Below, piece by piece: positions 59,588 through 64,000 of a DNA stretch of 64,000 nt. Made by a program: the position numbers and the translations under genes. Source of the stretch: Candidatus Eiseniibacteriota bacterium (GTDB taxonomy: Bacteria; Eisenbacteria; RBG-16-71-46; CAVPCR01); assembly GCA_963702435.1 (NCBI GenBank), contig CAVPCR010000004.1:32001-96000 (forward strand), in the 5' to 3' direction. The notes beneath the pieces were generated by a model that was not told the origin of the DNA, made no database searches, and was given only the letters and a program-made list of their open reading frames with translations. Position 1 is the first letter of the stretch. The number at the start of each line of letters is the position of its first letter.

Positions 59588-60589
59588 ATGTTCGCCCACG
59601 ACGATCATGACGAGCACGTGCACGGGAGTGACCTCGCCCGCGGCGGGCAGGTGCACATCACCGTCGCCCGCGAGGAAGGCGGCAAACCGTTCGCGCTGAC
59701 GCTTCCGGACTGGCTCTTCAAGGTCGCCCTTGGTCTCGTGGGCGTGCTGGCCGTGCTCATCATCGGCGGGGGAGTGCTCACAGCCCGCATGGGCGCCGAG
59801 CTCCGCCGGCTGCACGAGATCGAAGAGGAAAACGCGGCGCTCCGGGCCGAGAACCGGAAGATCGACGTGCTCGCACAGGAGCTCGCCGAGCTCGACGACC
59901 TGCGCCAGCGGGTCCTCGCGATCGCCGGCACGAGCGCCCCCAGCGCCAAGGGCACCACCGCCGGCAAGGGCGCTCCCGCCGACGCCGAGCGCCGCGCGTC
60001 CGCCGCATCCGAACGCCGTGCACCCGACGCTGCCGAGCGCCGCGCGGCCGCCGCATCCGAACGCCGTGCCGTCGCCGATCTCCGGCGGAGCGTTCCCGCT
60101 GTGCCCACTCCGCTCCTGCCCCCGAGCATGCGCAAGGGGACCAGGGGCGCGCCGCCGGAGCCGAGCGGTCTCGCAGGAGTCCCCGCGGCTTCGCCCGCAT
60201 CGACGGTGACACCGCTTCCTTCGCGGTGGCCCGTGGACGGGGTCATCTCGAAGGAGTTTCGAGTCAACACGACACCGGACCGCGAGCATCACGGTCTCGA
60301 CATCGCGGCCCCTCACGGCGCGCCGGTGCGCGCCGCGGGGACGGGTGTGGTGTCCTTCGCGGAGATGGACAGCGTGTTCGGGCTCCTCATCGTCATCGAG
60401 CATGCCGGCGGGTGGCAAACCGTCTACGGCCACAACTCGCGCCTCGTGGTCGGCATCGGCGACTCGGTGTACGCCGGTCAGGACATCGCGCAGGTCGGGT
60501 CGACCGGCGAGAGCTCGGCGCCGCATCTCCACTTCGAGGTGCGCCGCGGCGGTCGTCCGGTGGACCCGAAGCGCTATCTCGGCCGCTGA
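59588..60589 (+). CDS. M23 family metallopeptidase (TM + coiled coil)
   Basis: HHGLD, YGHN, PHLHFE; internal 48-bp-period duplication at 59984-60069. Confidence 0.93.
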   Translation: MFAHDDHDEHVHGSDLARGGQVHITVAREEGGKPFALTLPDWLFKVALGLVGVLAVLIIGGGVLTARMGAELRRLHEIEEENAALRAENRKIDVLAQELAELDDLRQRVLAIAGTSAPSAKGTTAGKGAPADAERRASAASERRAPDAAERRAAAASERRAVADLRRSVPAVPTPLLPPSMRKGTRGAPPEPSGLAGVPAASPASTVTPLPSRWPVDGVISKEFRVNTTPDREHHGLDIAAPHGAPVRAAGTGVVSFAEMDSVFGLLIVIEHAGGWQTVYGHNSRLVVGIGDSVYAGQDIAQVGSTGESSAPHLHFEVRRGGRPVDPKRYLGR

Positions 60590-60901
60590 GCGGGAGGAAC
60601 GGTCCCGGCAGGAGAGAGCCGGCACGCGCCGTTCCAGAGGGCTGGAAGCCGGGCCCGCGACCCGGGTCCCCAACAGGCCCGCGGGAACCCGGATCCCCGC
60701 CCCGGGTTCAAGACGGAGGCGGCGGTCGCGCCGTCGCGCCGCGGCCCATCGGCTCCGATCCGACCCCCGCGCCGGCCGCGCAACATGCTATGCTTCAATC
60801 GCTTGCAAAACTCGAATAGCCCCCGCGCCAGTGCCGCCCGGTAACGGGTCGGAACAGACACCCATCACTCCCCGAGCACGACCAGAGCCAAGGAGGTCCG
60901 C

Positions 60902-61924
60902 TTGCCGGCGACGCCAACGACGCCAACCACCCACGAGGACGACGTCCGGGCCGTCGAGACGATGAAGGCAGCCCACGACCGCATCCGTGCCGAGATCCAC
61001 AAGGTCATCGTCGGCCAGGAGGGCGTGATCGAGGAACTCCTGACCGCTCTGTTCGCGGGCGGCCACTGCCTCCTCATCGGCGTCCCGGGACTCGCCAAGA
61101 CTCTCCTGATCCACAGTCTCGCCGATGTGCTCGACCTGAGCTTCAACCGCATCCAGTTCACGCCCGACCTCATGCCCTCCGACATCACGGGCACCGACAT
61201 CATCGAGGAGGACCAGACGACCGGGAAGCGGGTCTTCACCTTCATCCGCGGTCCGGTCTTCGCCAACATCGTGCTCGCCGACGAGATCAACCGCACGCCG
61301 CCGAAGACGCAGGCGGCGCTCCTCCAGGCCATGCAGGAGTACCAGGTGACCGCCGGCGGGCAGACCTACCCGATCGAGAAGCCGTTCTTCGTCCTCGCGA
61401 CCCAGAACCCGATCGAGCTCGAGGGCACCTACCCCCTGCCCGAGGCGCAGCTCGACCGCTTCATGTTCAACATCCATGTCGACTATCCGACCGAGGCGGA
61501 GGAGGTCGAGATCGTGACCTCGACCACGAGCGCCTACGAGGCCAAGCTCGATCGCGTGCTCTCCGGCGAGGACATCATGCGGTTGCAGAAGCTCGTCCGT
61601 CGTGTTCCGGTGGGCGAGCACGTGGTCAAGTACGCGGTGAAGCTCGCGCGGCGCACCCGCCCGAAGGCGGACGACGCGCCGCAGTTCATCAAGGACTACG
61701 TCGGCTGGGGCGCCGGGCCGCGCGCGTCGCAGTACATGATCCTCGCGGCCAAGTGCCGCGCCGTTCTCCTCGGGCGCTACTCGCCGACGGTCGAGGACGT
61801 GCGCGCGGCGGCGCCGTCGGTGCTCCGCCACCGCATCGTGACCAACTTCACCGCCGAGTCGGACGGCATTGCCGCCGGCGACATCGTGGGCCGGCTCCTG
61901 GCCGAGACCCCGGTCCCGGTGTAG
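60902..61924 (+). CDS. moxR: MoxR family AAA+ ATPase
   Basis: GVPGLAKT, RIQFTPDLMPSD, DEINR, ATQNP, LPEAQLDRF. Confidence 0.96.
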   Translation: MPATPTTPTTHEDDVRAVETMKAAHDRIRAEIHKVIVGQEGVIEELLTALFAGGHCLLIGVPGLAKTLLIHSLADVLDLSFNRIQFTPDLMPSDITGTDIIEEDQTTGKRVFTFIRGPVFANIVLADEINRTPPKTQAALLQAMQEYQVTAGGQTYPIEKPFFVLATQNPIELEGTYPLPEAQLDRFMFNIHVDYPTEAEEVEIVTSTTSAYEAKLDRVLSGEDIMRLQKLVRRVPVGEHVVKYAVKLARRTRPKADDAPQFIKDYVGWGAGPRASQYMILAAKCRAVLLGRYSPTVEDVRAAAPSVLRHRIVTNFTAESDGIAAGDIVGRLLAETPVPV

Positions 61925-61978
61925 CGCGGCCCCCAGTGCCCGGCGCGCGCTTCGCCGCGAGCGCCCGGCCGAGGAACC

Positions 61979-62881
61979 ATGGCTCTTCCCGAATCACGCC
62001 AGTATCTCGACCCGAACATCGTCTCGCGCCTGAAGAAGCTCGACCTCAAGGCGAAGCTGGTGGTCGAGGGGTTCATGACCGGGCTCCACCGGAGCCCCTA
62101 CCATGGCTTTTCGGTGGAGTTCGCCGAGCACCGGCCGTACATGCCCGGCGATCCGATCCGCAGCATCGACTGGAAGGTCTACGCCAAGTCCGATCGCTTC
62201 TATGTGAAGCAGTACGAGGACGAGACCAACCTCCGGGCCCACATCGTGCTCGATGTCAGCCGCTCGATGACCTATGCGGGGCAGGGGGCGATCTCGAAGC
62301 TCGAATACGCGAAGCACCTGGCGGCAGCGCTCGCCTATCTGATGCTGCACCAGCAGGACGCGGTGGGGCTCCTCACATTCGCCGATACGATCCGCCGCTA
62401 CGTGCCGTCGCGCTCGGTGCTCCGGCATCTCCGCGTGATCCTCCGGGAGCTCGAGACGGCCGAGCCGGGGACCGCGACCGACCTCGGCAGCTGCCTGTCG
62501 CAGGTCGCCGACCGCATCCGCCGCCGCGGGCTCGTGATCGTGCTCTCCGATCTCCTCGACGAGCCGGACCAGGTGATCCAGGGACTCAAGCACTTCCGCT
62601 ACAAGCAGCACGACGTGATCGTCTTCCAGATCCTCGACGAGGACGAGCGCGCCTTCCCCTTCAGCGACGAGATCGGATTCGTCGACATGGAGACGGGGGA
62701 GGAGGTCATCGCGCAGTCATGGGTGGTCGCCGGGGAGTACCGGAAGACGGTGGCCGACTGGAGCGATGCCTACCGCCGAACGTGCGGCGAGCAGCAGATC
62801 GAGTTCGTGCAGCTCACCAACAAGACGCCGTTCGATCGGGCGCTCCTCCGCTTCCTCGAGAAGCGCTCGCGGTTGCACTAG
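61979..62881 (+). CDS. DUF58 protein (MoxR-associated)
   Basis: GFSVEFAEHRPYMPGD...IDWK...YVKQYEDE. Confidence 0.95.
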   Translation: MALPESRQYLDPNIVSRLKKLDLKAKLVVEGFMTGLHRSPYHGFSVEFAEHRPYMPGDPIRSIDWKVYAKSDRFYVKQYEDETNLRAHIVLDVSRSMTYAGQGAISKLEYAKHLAAALAYLMLHQQDAVGLLTFADTIRRYVPSRSVLRHLRVILRELETAEPGTATDLGSCLSQVADRIRRRGLVIVLSDLLDEPDQVIQGLKHFRYKQHDVIVFQILDEDERAFPFSDEIGFVDMETGEEVIAQSWVVAGEYRKTVADWSDAYRRTCGEQQIEFVQLTNKTPFDRALLRFLEKRSRLH

Positions 62882-62902
62882 GACGCAGGGGAAGGGACGG
62901 GC

Positions 62903-64000
62903 ATGCCGGGCCTCAGCTTTCTGAACGCGCTCTTCCTGGCCGGCCTGGCCGCGGCCGTCCTGCCCATCCTCATCCATCTCTTCAGCCGCCGGCGCGCCCG
63001 CCGCATCCAGTGGAGCTCGACCCGGTTCCTGCGCGAGGTGAACCGGCAGCGGATCCGCCGGGTGAAGCTCCGGCAGCTCCTCCTCCTCCTCCTGCGCGTC
63101 GCCGCGATCGCGCTCTTCGCCCTGGCCATGGGGCGGCCGGCGCTCACCGGGAACCTGCTCCGCCCCGGCGGCAAGGCGCCGAGCACGGCCGCGATCGTGC
63201 TCGACACGAGCGGTTCGATGTGGGCGGCGCGCGACGGAGAGCCGGCGTTCGTCAAGGCGCGCGAGCGAGCGGTCGAGGTGCTCGGGCTCCTCGGCGAGGG
63301 GGATGAGGCCTACGTCGTGACGGTGAACGACGGCGCGGAGAGCGTCACGCCGTATGCCGTGCAGGATCTGGACCTGCTGCGCGATCAGGTGGGGCGGCTC
63401 GAGCCGAGCTATCGCGCCGGCACCATGCAGGAGGGACTCGCGCTCGCGGCGCGGCTCCTCAACGGGAGTCACAATCTCAATCGCGAGCTGTACGTGATCT
63501 CCGACGTGCAGCGCTCGGCGTGGCTCGCCGCGGCCGACTCGAGCCGCGCGCCGCTCGCGCTGCCGGAGGGAACGACGGTGTGTCTCCTCGGACTCGGGGA
63601 CGATCGCATCGAGAACATCTCGATCGATCACGTGCGAGTCGCGCACGATCGGCTGGCCGGGCGCGGGGTGTCGATCGAGGTCGAGCTCACCAATCACACC
63701 GACCGCGAGCAGGAGGCGATCCCGGTCACGGCTTACGTGGGCGAGGCGCGGATGGGCGAGGTGTTCGCGAAGCTCGGGCCCGATGCGACCACGCGCGTGA
63801 CCGTGGATCTCGGGGCCGGCCCCTTCGCCGAGCGCGTCGGCTCGGTGCGCATCCCGGAGGATGCGCTGGCCTCCGATGACGTGCGTCACTTCCTGCTCGG
63901 GGACGAGAAGCGGCCGCGGGTGGGGGTCGTGGCGGACCCCGGCGGGCTCGCGGGGACGTTCGTGCGCCTCGCCCTCGAGCCGGAGCCGGGCGCGGGGCCC
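62903..64000 (+). CDS. BatA-like N-terminal double-TM / VWA domain protein (3'-truncated by window)
   Basis: LPILIHLF...LLLLLRV...GRP; VLDTSGSM; VISD. Confidence 0.9.
   Translation, partial: MPGLSFLNALFLAGLAAAVLPILIHLFSRRRARRIQWSSTRFLREVNRQRIRRVKLRQLLLLLLRVAAIALFALAMGRPALTGNLLRPGGKAPSTAAIVLDTSGSMWAARDGEPAFVKARERAVEVLGLLGEGDEAYVVTVNDGAESVTPYAVQDLDLLRDQVGRLEPSYRAGTMQEGLALAARLLNGSHNLNRELYVISDVQRSAWLAAADSSRAPLALPEGTTVCLLGLGDDRIENISIDHVRVAHDRLAGRGVSIEVELTNHTDREQEAIPVTAYVGEARMGEVFAKLGPDATTRVTVDLGAGPFAERVGSVRIPEDALASDDVRHFLLGDEKRPRVGVVADPGGLAGTFVRLALEPEPGAGP

Overview
High-GC bacterial chromosome segment containing the replication origin. Many secreted proteins end in FlgD/T9SS-like tails or 'TWGxIK' tails, which suggests an FCB-superphylum candidate lineage such as Eisenbacteria or Krumholzibacteriota (inference only). 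(1) 1-7.7 kb: distal end of an integron cassette array with 8 unusually long attC-like sites, six toxin-antitoxin modules (one decayed), two secreted-protein cassettes and an IS256 fragment; no integrase in the window. (2) 7.7-12.3 kb: cluster of small secreted Cys-rich proteins sharing a C-terminal [T/S]WGx[I/V]K motif. (3) 12.5-38 kb: typA, a TonB-dependent receptor, two GT-C/TPR paralogs, ilvE, an orphan hydrogenase-maturation-protease homolog, a sigma54 response regulator with divergent sigma54 promoters and a candidate sRNA, a globin-coupled kinase, and large secreted proteins. (4) 38-64 kb: gyrB-dciA-dnaN-oriC-[radical SAM, small Zn-finger, methyltransferase, MltD-like]-dnaA, then divergently rpmH-rnpA-yidD-yidC-jag-rsmG-DEDDh/WYL nuclease-[34 parS sites in a 2-kb higher-order satellite-like array]-parA-parB-M23-moxR-DUF58-BatA/VWA. 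The main highlight is the satellite-like parS centromere. All counts and coordinates were read by eye; no database searches were run.
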